Positions 1 to 10,314 of a DNA stretch of 64,000 bases are shown here, in pieces. This stretch comes from Candidatus Palauibacter ramosifaciens (GTDB lineage Bacteria > Gemmatimonadota > Gemmatimonadetes > Palauibacterales > Palauibacteraceae): assembly GCA_009845855.1 (NCBI GenBank), contig VXYT01000105.1:944-64943 (forward strand). Reading direction: 5' to 3'. Below the pieces are notes generated by a model. That model was given only the letters and a program-made list of their open reading frames with translations. It searched no databases and was not told the DNA's origin. The translations under genes and the position numbers were made by a program. Each line of letters begins with the position of its first letter. Within the stretch, counting starts at the first letter, position 1.

Positions 1-230
1 CGCGCCCCGCCGCGGGGCTGCGAGCGCGACAATCTAGAGGAAAGGCCCGCCCCTTGCGAGTCGCCCGCCAGCGGGTCGCGCGCGCGGGCGATTCCGGCAG
101 CCCGCGGCAACGTGAGGTTTTGCGGCGGGCCGGCAGGGTGCGGCGATGCGGTCTCCGTTGTAACGTGCCTCCCTGTAGCCGGCAGCCCGTGCAAGACCCC
201 GCGTCAGCGCCACCCGGCGGGGCTTTCGCC

Positions 231-881
231 ATGGGCTGCCAGGAAACATCCGGAGTGACCGGCGCGTACGAGCGAGCGATGACCGAACAGCCCAACGAAC
301 CCGGCCGCGGCGGCCCCGAGGGCCCGGCGCCTCCGTACGCGGTCGTGCCGCTCGTCGCGGCTCCGCCGCAACCGCCGGCGGAACAGACGTCCGACACCGG
401 CGACCGCTACTCGAACGGGGTCGGCTTCGCCCTCTGGTGTTGCCTGTTCGTCGGAGCGGCCGGGATCCACCGCTTCTATCTCGGCATGTATGCGACGGGC
501 ATCATTTGGCTGCTCACATTCGGTCTCTTCGGAATCGGGCAGTTCCTCGACCTCTTCCGCATGAAGCGCCTCGTGCGGACGGCGAACATCCGCGACGGAT
601 ACCTGCCGCACCCCCGTCTCGCCGCAGCCGGCGAGCCTTCCGCCCCGTCGCGGCAGCTCGCCAAGGCGGATACCCGACAGCAGATCCTGCTGAAGGCCGC
701 GCAGGCGAACGGCGGACTGCTGACGGTGACACAGGGCGTCCTGGCCACGGGTCTCAGCTTCGAGGAGGTGGAGGAAGCGCTGCGCGAGATGGTGGTGAAG
801 GGGCACGTGGACGTGGACAACGCGGCGGACAGCGGCGTAATCGTGTACCGTTTCCCGGGCTTGGCCGGCCCGTTCAAGTGA
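231..881 (+). CDS. TM2 domain-containing membrane protein
   Basis: Two hydrophobic helices with the motif GIHRFYLGMYATGIIWLLTFGLFGIGQFLDLFRM typical of TM2 domains. The ORF-track entry 54..881 starts too early; first plausible ATG is at 231. Confidence 0.5.
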   Translation: MGCQETSGVTGAYERAMTEQPNEPGRGGPEGPAPPYAVVPLVAAPPQPPAEQTSDTGDRYSNGVGFALWCCLFVGAAGIHRFYLGMYATGIIWLLTFGLFGIGQFLDLFRMKRLVRTANIRDGYLPHPRLAAAGEPSAPSRQLAKADTRQQILLKAAQANGGLLTVTQGVLATGLSFEEVEEALREMVVKGHVDVDNAADSGVIVYRFPGLAGPFK

Positions 882-1723
882 CGAGCCGTCCGCGCCCCCA
901 TGCCTCCGAACTCCCGCCCGCCTCCCTCGAGGGGTGGTATGTCCTCCATCAGTCGATCGAACTCGACTGGACCGGCCTCCAGCGTACGGATCCGGGGGAA
1001 GCCGGGGAGGCGCTGAGGCGCTTCGCCGCGCTGGCGGAGAGGTGGTCCGCCGGGGCGGAGCGCGGCTGGTCCGGCGTCTACCGCGTGGCGGGGAGCGGGA
1101 TCGATTTCCTCATCCTTCATTTCCGGGACACGTTCGACCGCCTCATCGAAGCGGACGGTGAAATGAAGCTCTCCGCCTGGGGCGATCACGTCCTCGTCCG
1201 CGAAGAGTACCTGTCCGTGGTGGAGCTGGGTCTCTACTCCCTGACGCGGGAACTCTCCGGACGGACGGACCCTGAGGACCGCGAGGCCTGGGACGCAGCC
1301 GTGGCCGACGCCCTGGCGGAGGAGCGGAGGAAGGGCTACGTGCGGCGCCGGCTCGCGCCGAGACAGCCGGAGCACATGCCGTACGTCTGCACCTATCCGA
1401 TGAACAAGCGGCGCAACCCGGGACAGAACTGGTACACGCTTTCGCTGGAGGAGCGTGCCGAGCTGATGGCGGCGCATGGGAGGCTGGGACGGCGCTTCGC
1501 AGGCCGGATCGTTCAGGTGATCAGCGGGTCGATGGGCCTGGATGACTGGGAGTGGGCCGTGACGCTGTGGGCAGCAGATCCGCTCGAGTTCAAGGCGATC
1601 ATCAGCGAGATGCGCTACGACGGGGCGAGTGCGGAGTACGCGGACTTCGGCCCCTTCGTGGTCGGCAAACGGATGGTCGGGGAGGAGATCGAGGGCCTGC
1701 TCCCGTCGGTGCCGGCGCGATGA
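878..1723 (+). CDS. hemQ: chlorite dismutase-family protein, probable coproheme decarboxylase (HemQ/ChdC)
   Basis: Frame of ORF 437..1723. The C-terminal 280 aa (WYVLHQ...YVCTYPMNKRRNPGQNWYTLSLEERAELMAAHG...WAVTLWAADPLEFKAIISEMRYD) resemble the Cld/HemQ family. GTG at 878 overlaps the upstream TGA. Confidence 0.6.
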   Translation: MTSRPRPHASELPPASLEGWYVLHQSIELDWTGLQRTDPGEAGEALRRFAALAERWSAGAERGWSGVYRVAGSGIDFLILHFRDTFDRLIEADGEMKLSAWGDHVLVREEYLSVVELGLYSLTRELSGRTDPEDREAWDAAVADALAEERRKGYVRRRLAPRQPEHMPYVCTYPMNKRRNPGQNWYTLSLEERAELMAAHGRLGRRFAGRIVQVISGSMGLDDWEWAVTLWAADPLEFKAIISEMRYDGASAEYADFGPFVVGKRMVGEEIEGLLPSVPAR

Positions 1724-3339
1724 ACGCGACAGCCGTAGCGCTCTCCCGGAAGCTCACGATTCCCGACGTCGTCGCCGTGGCGCGCGGGGGCTCACGGGTC
1801 GGGGAACTCCGCGGGCACGCGCGCGAGCGCGTGGAGGCGAGCCGGCACACCGTGGGAGAAGCACTGGCTCGGCCCGGGGCCCGGATCTACGGGATCACGA
1901 CCGGCTACGGGTCGCTCGCCGGAACCCGCATCGCGGCGGCGGACGCGGCCCGGCTGTCGTGGAACCTGATCCTCAAGTGTGCGACGGGGACGGGTCCCCC
2001 GCTGCCGGAAGACTGGGTGCGGGCGATGCTGCTCGTGCGAGCGAACTCCCTCGCTCTCGGCGGCTCGGGTGTGCGCCCGGTGATCATCGACACGCTGGTC
2101 CGGATGCTGAACCGGGGGGTCACGCCCGTGGTGCCGGGCAAAGGTTCGCTCGGGGCGAGCGGCGATCTCGCGCCCCTCGCGCACATGGCGGCGGTCGCGA
2201 CCCGTTCACCCGGCCCGGAACCCCGCGTGAGCAAGGGCGAGGATCCTGCGGAGTTCAGCGGCGAGGCCTGGTTCGAGGGGCGCCGCATGGACGGGGCGAG
2301 CGCGATGGCCGCGGCCGGGATCGCCCGTCCGGGCCTGGAGGCGAAGGAGGGGCTGGCGCTGACGAACGGGACGACGATGATGGTCGCTGGCGCCGCGCTG
2401 CAACTCGACGACGCGCGATGCCTCCTTCTGCACGCGGAACTCGCGGCGGCGCTGAGCTTCGAGGCGTTGCTGGCCCGTTCGGCCGCGCTGAACCCGGCGC
2501 TGCACACGGCGAACAACCAGCCTGGCCAGATCGGAACCGCGGCGCGGCTCCGGTCGCTCCTCTCCGGGAGCGCGCTCGTCGATGCCGACGCGGACCGGGT
2601 ACAGGATGCTTACAGTCTGCGCTGCACGCCCCAGGTCTTCGGTCCGGTTCACGACATGGTGGGATTCCTGTGGGGGCGGGTAGAAGCATCGCTCAACGCG
2701 GTGTCGGACAACCCGCTGGTCTTCCCCGCCGCCGGACAGGATCGGGGCGAGGTCGTCTCGGGCGGGAATTTTCACGGCGCCGGGCCGGCGCTGTGGCTCG
2801 ACACGCTGGGGATCGCGCTGGCGGACATCGCGAGCCTGTCCGACCGCCGGATGTTCCGCATGCTGACGCCGGAACTCTCTTCGGGGCTTCCCGCCATGCT
2901 CGTGGAGTCTCCGGGGCTGTACGGGGGTCTGATGTCGCTCCAGTATACGGGGGCGGCGCTCGTCTCCGACAACAAGACGCTCGCGCATCCGGACTCCGTC
3001 GACTCGATCCCGACGAGCGCGAACCAGGAGGACCACGTGAGCATGGGGGCCAACGCGGCCCGGCACGCGCGTGAGATCCTCGACAACACGCGTACCGTGC
3101 TCGCGATCGAACTGTTGGGCGCGGCGCAGGCGATCTACCTCCGTCCCGGGGGCCCGGACCGGCTTGGGGTGGGCACGGGGGCCGTCTACGAGGCCCTACG
3201 CGAGTGCGTACCTCCCGTCATCGAGGACCGGTCGCTGGCGGCGGACGTCGCCCGCCTGGAGGCGGCCATCGACGATGGGACGTTGAAACGGGCAGCCGCC
3301 GACGCCCTGGGCGACCTCTGGCCACCCGCCCCGCTCTGA
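1720..3339 (+). CDS. hutH: histidine ammonia-lyase
   Basis: MIO-forming motif GSLGASGDLAPLAHM, GITTGYGSLA and SDNPLVF motifs. ATG at 1720 overlaps the hemQ stop (ATGA). Confidence 0.9.
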   Translation: MNATAVALSRKLTIPDVVAVARGGSRVGELRGHARERVEASRHTVGEALARPGARIYGITTGYGSLAGTRIAAADAARLSWNLILKCATGTGPPLPEDWVRAMLLVRANSLALGGSGVRPVIIDTLVRMLNRGVTPVVPGKGSLGASGDLAPLAHMAAVATRSPGPEPRVSKGEDPAEFSGEAWFEGRRMDGASAMAAAGIARPGLEAKEGLALTNGTTMMVAGAALQLDDARCLLLHAELAAALSFEALLARSAALNPALHTANNQPGQIGTAARLRSLLSGSALVDADADRVQDAYSLRCTPQVFGPVHDMVGFLWGRVEASLNAVSDNPLVFPAAGQDRGEVVSGGNFHGAGPALWLDTLGIALADIASLSDRRMFRMLTPELSSGLPAMLVESPGLYGGLMSLQYTGAALVSDNKTLAHPDSVDSIPTSANQEDHVSMGANAARHAREILDNTRTVLAIELLGAAQAIYLRPGGPDRLGVGTGAVYEALRECVPPVIEDRSLAADVARLEAAIDDGTLKRAAADALGDLWPPAPL

Positions 3340-4253
3340 GCCCGGGTTGGCTCCTCTGCGAGCCCAACGTGAGCGAGGGACGCAACCCGCACAGGATGGC
3401 CCGCTTCACGGCCGCGGTCGAGGGAAGCCGCGGCGTCGAACTCCTTCACGCGTCGGCCGACCCGGACCACCATCGCATGGTGCTCGCCTATCGGGGGGGC
3501 CGGGCGGATGTCGTCCGCGCGACGATCGCCCTCGCGTCGGCCGTGTACGCGGAGGTGGATCTGCGGCGGCACCGGGGCCGGCACCCCCGGATCGGCGCGC
3601 TGGATGTCGTTCCCTTCGTCCCTGGCCCCGGATGCCCCGAGGTCGATGCGCTCGCGGCGTCCCGGTCCTTCGGCGGGTGGGCGGCGCGGCGCGGCGTCCC
3701 GGTCTTCTTCTACGAACGGGCGGCGACGATGGCCGAGCGGATTTCCCTTCCCCGCATCCGGTCCGGGCAGTTCGAGGCGCTGGCCGAGAGACTGTCGAGC
3801 CCCGAATGGAGGCCGGATCTCGGTCCGCCGGCGCCCCATCCGTCGCTGGGCGCCGTCGCCGTCGGCGTGCGGGAACCGCTCGTACGTTTCAACGTGAACC
3901 TCGACACGGCGGATCCGGGACCGGCCCGGCGCATCGCGGCGGCGATTCGGGAGTCGGGTGGCGGGCTCCGGCATGTCCGGGCGCTCGGAATCTCGCTCCG
4001 GCGACGGGGGTTGACGCAGGTGTCCATGAACCTGACTCGCTACGCGGCAACCGGGATCGAACCGGTGTACGAGCGGGTCGCCGAGCGCGCGCGGGCGGAG
4101 GGCGTGGCCCTCGCGGGATGCGAGTTCATCGGCCCGGTGCCCGCGGGGGCGATCCGTGGCCTCGATCCCGCGCGGCTGGACGCGGATCTCGCGCCTGGAC
4201 AGATATTGGAGCTGCCTGGGACTGTCGGCGGCGAAGAGGGAGGTGAGGCATGA
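3336..4253 (+). CDS. ftcD: glutamate formiminotransferase (transferase domain only)
   Basis: N-terminal [12 protein letters not shown] matches the conserved formiminotransferase N-terminus (C-x-P-N-x-S-E-G-R). No ATG/GTG/TTG lies in frame between hutH and this motif. Start is unresolved: CTG at 3336, or ATG at 3204 with a 136-nt overlap. Confidence 0.65.
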   Translation: MSPGWLLCEPNVSEGRNPHRMARFTAAVEGSRGVELLHASADPDHHRMVLAYRGGRADVVRATIALASAVYAEVDLRRHRGRHPRIGALDVVPFVPGPGCPEVDALAASRSFGGWAARRGVPVFFYERAATMAERISLPRIRSGQFEALAERLSSPEWRPDLGPPAPHPSLGAVAVGVREPLVRFNVNLDTADPGPARRIAAAIRESGGGLRHVRALGISLRRRGLTQVSMNLTRYAATGIEPVYERVAERARAEGVALAGCEFIGPVPAGAIRGLDPARLDADLAPGQILELPGTVGGEEGGEA

Positions 4254-5908
4254 AACCGGCCGGACCGATTCGCGCGCCGAGGGGAAGGACGCTCTCCTGC
4301 AGGGGATGGCACCAGGAGGCGGCCCTCCGGATGCTCATGAACAACCTAGACCCGGACGTGGCGGAACGTCCGGCGGATCTCGTCGTGTACGGGGGCGCAG
4401 GCAAGGCGGCGCGCGACTGGACCGCATACGCGAAGATCGTGGAGACGCTCCGCCGGCTCGAGAACGACGAGACCCTCCTCGTCCAGAGCGGAAAGCCGGT
4501 CGGCGTGTTCCGCACCCACGACGAGGCGCCGCGCGTCCTCATCGCGAACGCCCACCTCGTGCCCCGCTGGGGAGACATCGACGAGTTCCGGCGTCTCGAT
4601 GCGATGGGCCTCACGATGTACGGGCAGATGACCGCGGGTTCGTGGATCTACATTGGCACCCAGGGGATCCTCCAGGGGACGTACGAGACGTTCGCGGAAC
4701 TCGCCCGGCAGCACTTCGGGGGCTCCCTCGCGGGACGGCTCGTGGTGACCGCCGGGCTGGGCGGGATGGGGGGTGCCCAGCCCCTCGCCGCGACGATGAA
4801 CGGGGGGGCTTTCCTGGGAGTCGAGGTCCGGGAGGACCGCATTCGCCGCCGGCTCGACACGGGCTACTGCGACCGCATGGCGACGGACCTCGACGAGGCG
4901 CTGGAGTGGCTCGCCGCCGCCATGGACCGCAGGGAGGCGCTTTCCGTGGCCCTGCTCGGGAACATCGCCGATGTCCTGCCGGCGCTCGCCGAGCGGGGCG
5001 TGGTGCCCGACGTGCTCACGGATCAGACTTCGGCGCACGACCTCCGGCTCGGCTACATCCCCGCCGGCCTTTCCGTGGAGGAGGCCGAGGCCATGAGCGC
5101 CTCGAACCCGGACCGCTACGTCGAGCGTGTCCTCGATTCGATGGTGGCGCACGTGTCGGCCATGCTCGCGCTCAGGGCGAGAGGGGCGGTCGCGTTCGAC
5201 TACGGGAACAACCTCCGCGGCCAAGTCGCCGACCTGCGCGGGATGTCGGAGGCCTTCGACATTCCCGGCTTCGTGCCTGCCTTCATTCGGCCCCTCTTCT
5301 GTCGGGGCGCGGGCCCCTTCCGCTGGGCCGCCCTCTCCGGCGACCCCGAAGACATCGCGGCGACGGACGCTGCCGTCCTCGAGACGTTCCCCGAGAAGGA
5401 GGCGCTGGGCCGCTGGATCCGGCAGGCGCGCGAGCGGGTGCGCTTCCAGGGCCTCCCCTCCCGCATCTGCTGGCTCGAATACGGCGAGAGGGCGGAGATG
5501 GGCGAGCGCTTCAACTGGCTCGTGAAGACGGGCCGCGTGCGGGCGCCCATCGTGATCGGACGCGACCACCTCGACACCGGCTCCGTGGCTTCGCCGAATC
5601 GGGAGACGGAGGGGATGCGGGACGGCTCAGACGCGATCGCCGACTGGCCGCTGCTCAACGCGATGCTCAACACCGCCTGCGGGGCGAGTTGGGTCTCGAT
5701 CCACAACGGGGGCGGGGTGGGCATCGGGTATTCCACGCACGCGGGCATGGTGTGCGTCGCCGACGGGACCGAATCCGGCAGCCGGCGGCTGGAGCGCGTG
5801 CTCACCGCGGATCCGGGGACCGGGGTCATGCGCCACGCCGACGCCGGGTACCCGGAGGCGATTCGCACGGCGCGCGAGCGCGGCGTCGACCTCCCCATGC
5901 TCGAGTAA
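4250..5908 (+). CDS. hutU: urocanate hydratase
   Basis: 552 aa with [10 protein letters not shown] and a typical urocanase N-terminus ([14 protein letters not shown]). ATGA overlap with ftcD. Confidence 0.9.
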   Translation: MKPAGPIRAPRGRTLSCRGWHQEAALRMLMNNLDPDVAERPADLVVYGGAGKAARDWTAYAKIVETLRRLENDETLLVQSGKPVGVFRTHDEAPRVLIANAHLVPRWGDIDEFRRLDAMGLTMYGQMTAGSWIYIGTQGILQGTYETFAELARQHFGGSLAGRLVVTAGLGGMGGAQPLAATMNGGAFLGVEVREDRIRRRLDTGYCDRMATDLDEALEWLAAAMDRREALSVALLGNIADVLPALAERGVVPDVLTDQTSAHDLRLGYIPAGLSVEEAEAMSASNPDRYVERVLDSMVAHVSAMLALRARGAVAFDYGNNLRGQVADLRGMSEAFDIPGFVPAFIRPLFCRGAGPFRWAALSGDPEDIAATDAAVLETFPEKEALGRWIRQARERVRFQGLPSRICWLEYGERAEMGERFNWLVKTGRVRAPIVIGRDHLDTGSVASPNRETEGMRDGSDAIADWPLLNAMLNTACGASWVSIHNGGGVGIGYSTHAGMVCVADGTESGSRRLERVLTADPGTGVMRHADAGYPEAIRTARERGVDLPMLE

Positions 5909-5924
5909 CGGCCCGCCCTCCGCC

Positions 5925-7157
5925 ATGCCGCGCCTCGCGAACATCGGCTGCCTCGCCACCTGCGCGAACCCTGCCGGGCAGGACGACATCGGGCTCATCC
6001 GGGACGCCGCGCTCGTGTGGCGCGATGGGACCGTACGCTGGGCCGGGCCGGCCACGGCGCTGCCGGCGGAGTTCGAAGCGGAGCCCGCCCTGGACGCCGG
6101 TGGGCGGCTCGTCATTCCCGGACTCGTGGACGCGCACACGCATCTCGCCTTCGGCGGCTGGCGGGCGGATGAGTTCGCCGATCGGCTGCGGGGCCGCGCT
6201 TACCTGGAGATCGCCGCGGCGGGCGGCGGGATCGCCTCCACGGTGCGGGCGACGCGCGCTCTCGAAGAGGAGGCGCTGCTCGCCCGGGCGCGGCAGTTCC
6301 TGTCCGACATGGTGTCCCTCGGGATCACGACCGTAGAGGCGAAGAGCGGGTACGGGCTGGACATGGAGACGGAACTCCGACTCCTGCGGGTGTACCGGCG
6401 ACTCGACGAAATGGGAGCGGCGCGGATCGTCGCGACGTGCCTCGCCGCGCACGTCGTCCCTCCGGAATGGGCGGCCGACCGGGCGGGCTATGTGAGGCTC
6501 ATCACGGAGCGGATCCTGCCCGCCGTGGCCGAGGAGGGGCTGGCCGAGTTCTGCGACGTGTTCGTCGAGGACTCGGCCTTCTCCGCCGGCGAGGCGCGGC
6601 GGATCTGCGAACGGGGATCCGAACTGGGGTTACGGCCGAAGCTCCATGTGGACCAGCTCTCCGAGGGTGGCGGGGCCGAACTCGCCGCGTCGCTCGGCGC
6701 CGTGTCGGCGGACCACCTGGAGTACGTGTCGGAGGCCGGGATCGAGGCGCTCGCGGCGGGCGGCGTCGTCGGGGTTACGCTTCCCCTCGCCACCCTCTAC
6801 CTGAACCAGGCGCCGCCCCCGGCCCGGGCGCTCATCGAGGGCGGTGTCGCGGTGGCGGTGGCCACCGATTTCAACCCCGGCACCGCCCCGTCCTATCACC
6901 TTCCGTTCGCCATGACGCTGGCCTGCATGCGACAACGGATGACGCCCGCCGAAGTGCTCAAGGGCGCAACGCGCTACGCGGCCCGCGCCCTCGACCTCGA
7001 AGGCGAAGTGGGGTCGCTGGAGCCGGGAGCCGCAGCGGATTTTGCGGTCATCGATGCCCCCGACGTGGAGCACTGGCTCTACCACCTGCGGCCCAATGCG
7101 TGCGTCGCCGTGGCGAGCCGCGGCGAGATCTGCCGCGGAGTGCTTCGGAGAGCCTAG
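5925..7157 (+). CDS. hutI: imidazolonepropionase
   Basis: 410 aa, amidohydrolase motif GLVDAHTHL; follows hutU. Confidence 0.9.
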   Translation: MPRLANIGCLATCANPAGQDDIGLIRDAALVWRDGTVRWAGPATALPAEFEAEPALDAGGRLVIPGLVDAHTHLAFGGWRADEFADRLRGRAYLEIAAAGGGIASTVRATRALEEEALLARARQFLSDMVSLGITTVEAKSGYGLDMETELRLLRVYRRLDEMGAARIVATCLAAHVVPPEWAADRAGYVRLITERILPAVAEEGLAEFCDVFVEDSAFSAGEARRICERGSELGLRPKLHVDQLSEGGGAELAASLGAVSADHLEYVSEAGIEALAAGGVVGVTLPLATLYLNQAPPPARALIEGGVAVAVATDFNPGTAPSYHLPFAMTLACMRQRMTPAEVLKGATRYAARALDLEGEVGSLEPGAAADFAVIDAPDVEHWLYHLRPNACVAVASRGEICRGVLRRA

Positions 7158-7202
7158 CGGCAGGAGCCGCGCCGCGTTCGAGCGGGGGTGCGGCGCCCGA
7201 CG

Positions 7203-8498
7203 TCAGACCCCGGGATTCGCTGCCGAATTGAGCGTGACCGTGCCCCCGTCCAGTCTGATGACCGTACGGTTCCAGCCGCCGTCCCGTCGGCGAACGAGGC
7301 GAAGCATCTCCACTGCGGCGTCGAGCAGGTCCGCAGCGATGAGCTTGCCGCCGTAGCTCTCCCGGATCGTGCGCACGGGGGTATGTCCGACGACGTGAAT
7401 GCGGGCCCCGTAGCGCTCCAGGACAGCATCGAGGTGGCCTCCGAGCGTGTCGGTAAGCACCAGGTCCCGGTACCAGAGCACGCTCTCCGGTCCGAAGAAG
7501 AAGTCGTATCGGCGATAGATCCGGGCGGGATCGCGCCGGGTTTCGCGCACATATTCGCGGAGGAACGCTTCGTCCCGCCATCTCGTGAACAGCGGTTCCT
7601 CGATGAAGGTCACCAGGGTGTCCTGGTACTCACCGAGCGAAGAGTCGACATAGGCCGGACTCACGCCCCCGTGCGCGAACAGCAGATCCCCAAGTCTGAC
7701 GAGCCCCGGCTTGGCCGCGATCCAGTCGCCGAGGACGGATCTCTCCGGATCGAACAGCGTCTCATAGGCCATGCCGTGCAGTTCGCCGATCGTCTGCTCC
7801 TTCGGCGCCACGTAGCGGAGATCGCCGGTCAGGACCATCGCTTCATGATTGCCGAGGAGTGTGATGACCCGGCCCCCCGCCGCCGTGGCCTCCCGTTCCA
7901 GGCCGTAGACGAACCAGAGGAGGCGCGTCACGTCGTTCCCCCGGTCGAACAGGTCTCCCAGGAAGGCGACCGCGGCGTCGCCGCCCGTCCAGCGCCCTTC
8001 CGCGTCGATCAGCCCGGCCCGGCCGAGCAGCGATACGACGCGGTCGAACTCGCCGTGCACGTCTCCGAACACGAACACGGAGTCGTGGCCGGTGAGATCG
8101 ACTTCCGGGGGCGGGGGCTCGGCCCAGATCCGGGTTCGGTGCAACGGCGCGGCGCCGCCGGCGCCCTCCGGAGGCCCGGCCCCGTATTCGAGCGTGACTT
8201 CGGGCGCCCGTACCCGCAGGCGAGCCGCGTGCGCGTACCCCGACTCCGTCTTCTGCTCGTCGGCCACCCGCCCATCGACAATCGCCCGCACCAGGCCGGG
8301 CCGCTCCTCTTCGGTCAGCCAGCGCACTTCGAGACCGGCGCCGGTGAACGCGACGTAGAGTCCGTACTCCCCCGCGACATGCCAACCGGACTGCCCCGTT
8401 CGCGCAACGGACCCGGCCAGCGGCGTCGCGCCGCCAACAGCGACCGTCGAGGCGCCGGTCCACCCCGCCCCCGCAGCGGCGACGGCACAGCCCAGCAC
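7203..8498 (-). CDS. calcineurin-like metallophosphoesterase
   Basis: GDVHGEF...GDLFDRG...GNHE motifs; N-terminal hydrophobic/Ala-rich signal-like region. Confidence 0.6.
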   Translation of the reverse strand: MLGCAVAAAGAGWTGASTVAVGGATPLAGSVARTGQSGWHVAGEYGLYVAFTGAGLEVRWLTEEERPGLVRAIVDGRVADEQKTESGYAHAARLRVRAPEVTLEYGAGPPEGAGGAAPLHRTRIWAEPPPPEVDLTGHDSVFVFGDVHGEFDRVVSLLGRAGLIDAEGRWTGGDAAVAFLGDLFDRGNDVTRLLWFVYGLEREATAAGGRVITLLGNHEAMVLTGDLRYVAPKEQTIGELHGMAYETLFDPERSVLGDWIAAKPGLVRLGDLLFAHGGVSPAYVDSSLGEYQDTLVTFIEEPLFTRWRDEAFLREYVRETRRDPARIYRRYDFFFGPESVLWYRDLVLTDTLGGHLDAVLERYGARIHVVGHTPVRTIRESYGGKLIAADLLDAAVEMLRLVRRRDGGWNRTVIRLDGGTVTLNSAANPGV

Positions 8499-8521
8499 AC
8501 CGGACAGCCGACGCGGAAGCC

Positions 8522-9520
8522 TCAGGGGATCAACTCGTAGCGGCCGTCATCGACCCGCTCCAGCAAGCGGACGATGCGCCTGTGCATCGCCCGGATTTCC
8601 GACTCCGTGAGGCCGAGCTGGATCCGGTCCGCCTCGCGTCGGACGCCGCGGCCGGGGTCGAGATTCTCCGTCGGCTCCACCTCCACGAAGTTCCCGGCCC
8701 GCAGTTCAAGCTCGACGAGGACCCCGAGTCGCGCCTGCAGATCTTCGAGCGAGAGGCCGCGCAGTCGGTCGATGGCGGAGGCCGCGTAGCGGTCGAGGCG
8801 CAGATTGCGCCACTGCGTGCCGCGGCTGCTCTCCTCGCTCGCGAACGCCACGCCGTTGTCGACGCTGAACATGCGGGGCCACGCGGGATCCAACGACTGC
8901 ACGAAGTTCCCCTCGTTCGAGTCGCTGTGGCGGATGATGTAGGTGAGGAGGTTGAAGTTTCCGAGCAGACGCTCGTAGACCTCGTCTTCCTCGATTCGGT
9001 CGTCGTCGGGAAGGTCGTCGGGGAGGTCGACGTTGAACATCCAGTACTGGAGCGCGACGAGGGTCATCGGCCACTCGTCGAACGTCGGTTCCGGAGGGGG
9101 GGCCGCGTCTCCCGTCCGGGCGACCGTCGCCCGCACGACATCGACGGGGAACGCGCGGATCGCGGTCGGAGGCACGACCATCTCCCGCTCGTCGAGGAAG
9201 AGGGCCTGGACGTCGTAAGCCGCCAGCTCGTAGCGGGGCCGGTTGTTGAACTCGTCTGCGCCCTCGCCGGCCGGGGCGTACTTGACCTGGAGCACATGGT
9301 CGCCGGACTGCAGCGTGACGCGATACGTGCGCTCGCCCGGAAGGCCGCGGGACGGATGTACGTCGAGGACCTGCAATTCGCCCTCGCGGAGGATCCGTTC
9401 GATCTCGGCGATGGGGAGAAGAAAATTGGCGTCCTGGGCCGCCGCCGGGGCCGCCGCCGCAACGGCGGCCACTGCAACGACGAAGACGGGGGCCCGAAGC
9501 CGATTCGCGCAGCGCATCAT
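8522..9520 (-). CDS. secreted hypothetical protein
   Basis: True start MMRCANRLRAPVFVVAVAAVAAAAPAAAQ (signal peptide) preceded by GGAGGGAGG; ATGATGA overlap with the histidine kinase stop. No recognisable domain. Confidence 0.5.
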   Translation of the reverse strand: MMRCANRLRAPVFVVAVAAVAAAAPAAAQDANFLLPIAEIERILREGELQVLDVHPSRGLPGERTYRVTLQSGDHVLQVKYAPAGEGADEFNNRPRYELAAYDVQALFLDEREMVVPPTAIRAFPVDVVRATVARTGDAAPPPEPTFDEWPMTLVALQYWMFNVDLPDDLPDDDRIEEDEVYERLLGNFNLLTYIIRHSDSNEGNFVQSLDPAWPRMFSVDNGVAFASEESSRGTQWRNLRLDRYAASAIDRLRGLSLEDLQARLGVLVELELRAGNFVEVEPTENLDPGRGVRREADRIQLGLTESEIRAMHRRIVRLLERVDDGRYELIP

Positions 9521-10314
9521 TCCGCAGCCTCCCTCCGGGCGGGAGCCGTGGGCTGCCGGAGCGGGAGGTACACGTCGAACGTCGTCCCACGTCCCGGCTC
9601 GCTCTCGACCGAGATGTCTCCTCCGTGCTGGTGTACGATCTGGAGCGTGATCGCGAGACCCAGCCCCATCCCGATCCGCTCGCCCTTGGTCGTGAAGCCG
9701 GGCTCGAAGATCTCCTCGATGACGTCGGGCGGGATGCCACGGCCCGTGTCGGCGACGCGGACGTGCGCGTGATCCCCTTCCACCCGCGTCCGGACGGTGA
9801 GTGCGCCGCCGTCGCGCATGGCCTGGGCCGCGTTGTGCACGAGGTTCATGAACACCTGGTTGATCCGGTTCGGATGGCACACTACGAGCGGCAGATCCCC
9901 GAAGTCGCGGACGACGTCGATCTCCCTCAGCTCGTGTCCCAGCAGCGCCAGCGTGCCCTCGATGCCCTCGTGAAGGTCCGCGGGGCGAGGCTCGGAGGTC
10001 GTGGGCCGGCCGAAGTTCCGCAGGTTCCGCACGAGGCTCACCATGCGTTCCACCGCGATGCCGTTCGTCCGCAGCACCGACTCCGTGGCCCGGACGACCC
10101 TCCGAACCTCGTCGAGTTCGTCCGGCGTGACGACCTCGTCCTCGAGGATCTCCCCCAGTTTGAGGAGGGCGCGCTCGATGACGTGGTGGTTGCTGTTCAG
10201 CGCGCCCAGCGGGGTGTTGAGTTCGTGCGCGATCCCGGCGACCAGCATGCCGAGCGTCGCCAGTCGGGCCTGCGTGATCTCCCGTGCCGTCGGCCCGAGC
10301 CCCGGCTCGCTCAC
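9517..10314 (-). CDS. sensor histidine kinase (cytoplasmic, HisKA + HATPase_c)
   Basis: H-box GIAHELNTPL; N, G1 and G2 boxes (NLVHNAAQA, DTGRGIP, GMGLGL). GTG start overlaps the response-regulator TGA (GTGA). Confidence 0.75.
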   Translation of the reverse strand: MSEPGLGPTAREITQARLATLGMLVAGIAHELNTPLGALNSNHHVIERALLKLGEILEDEVVTPDELDEVRRVVRATESVLRTNGIAVERMVSLVRNLRNFGRPTTSEPRPADLHEGIEGTLALLGHELREIDVVRDFGDLPLVVCHPNRINQVFMNLVHNAAQAMRDGGALTVRTRVEGDHAHVRVADTGRGIPPDVIEEIFEPGFTTKGERIGMGLGLAITLQIVHQHGGDISVESEPGRGTTFDVYLPLRQPTAPARREAAE

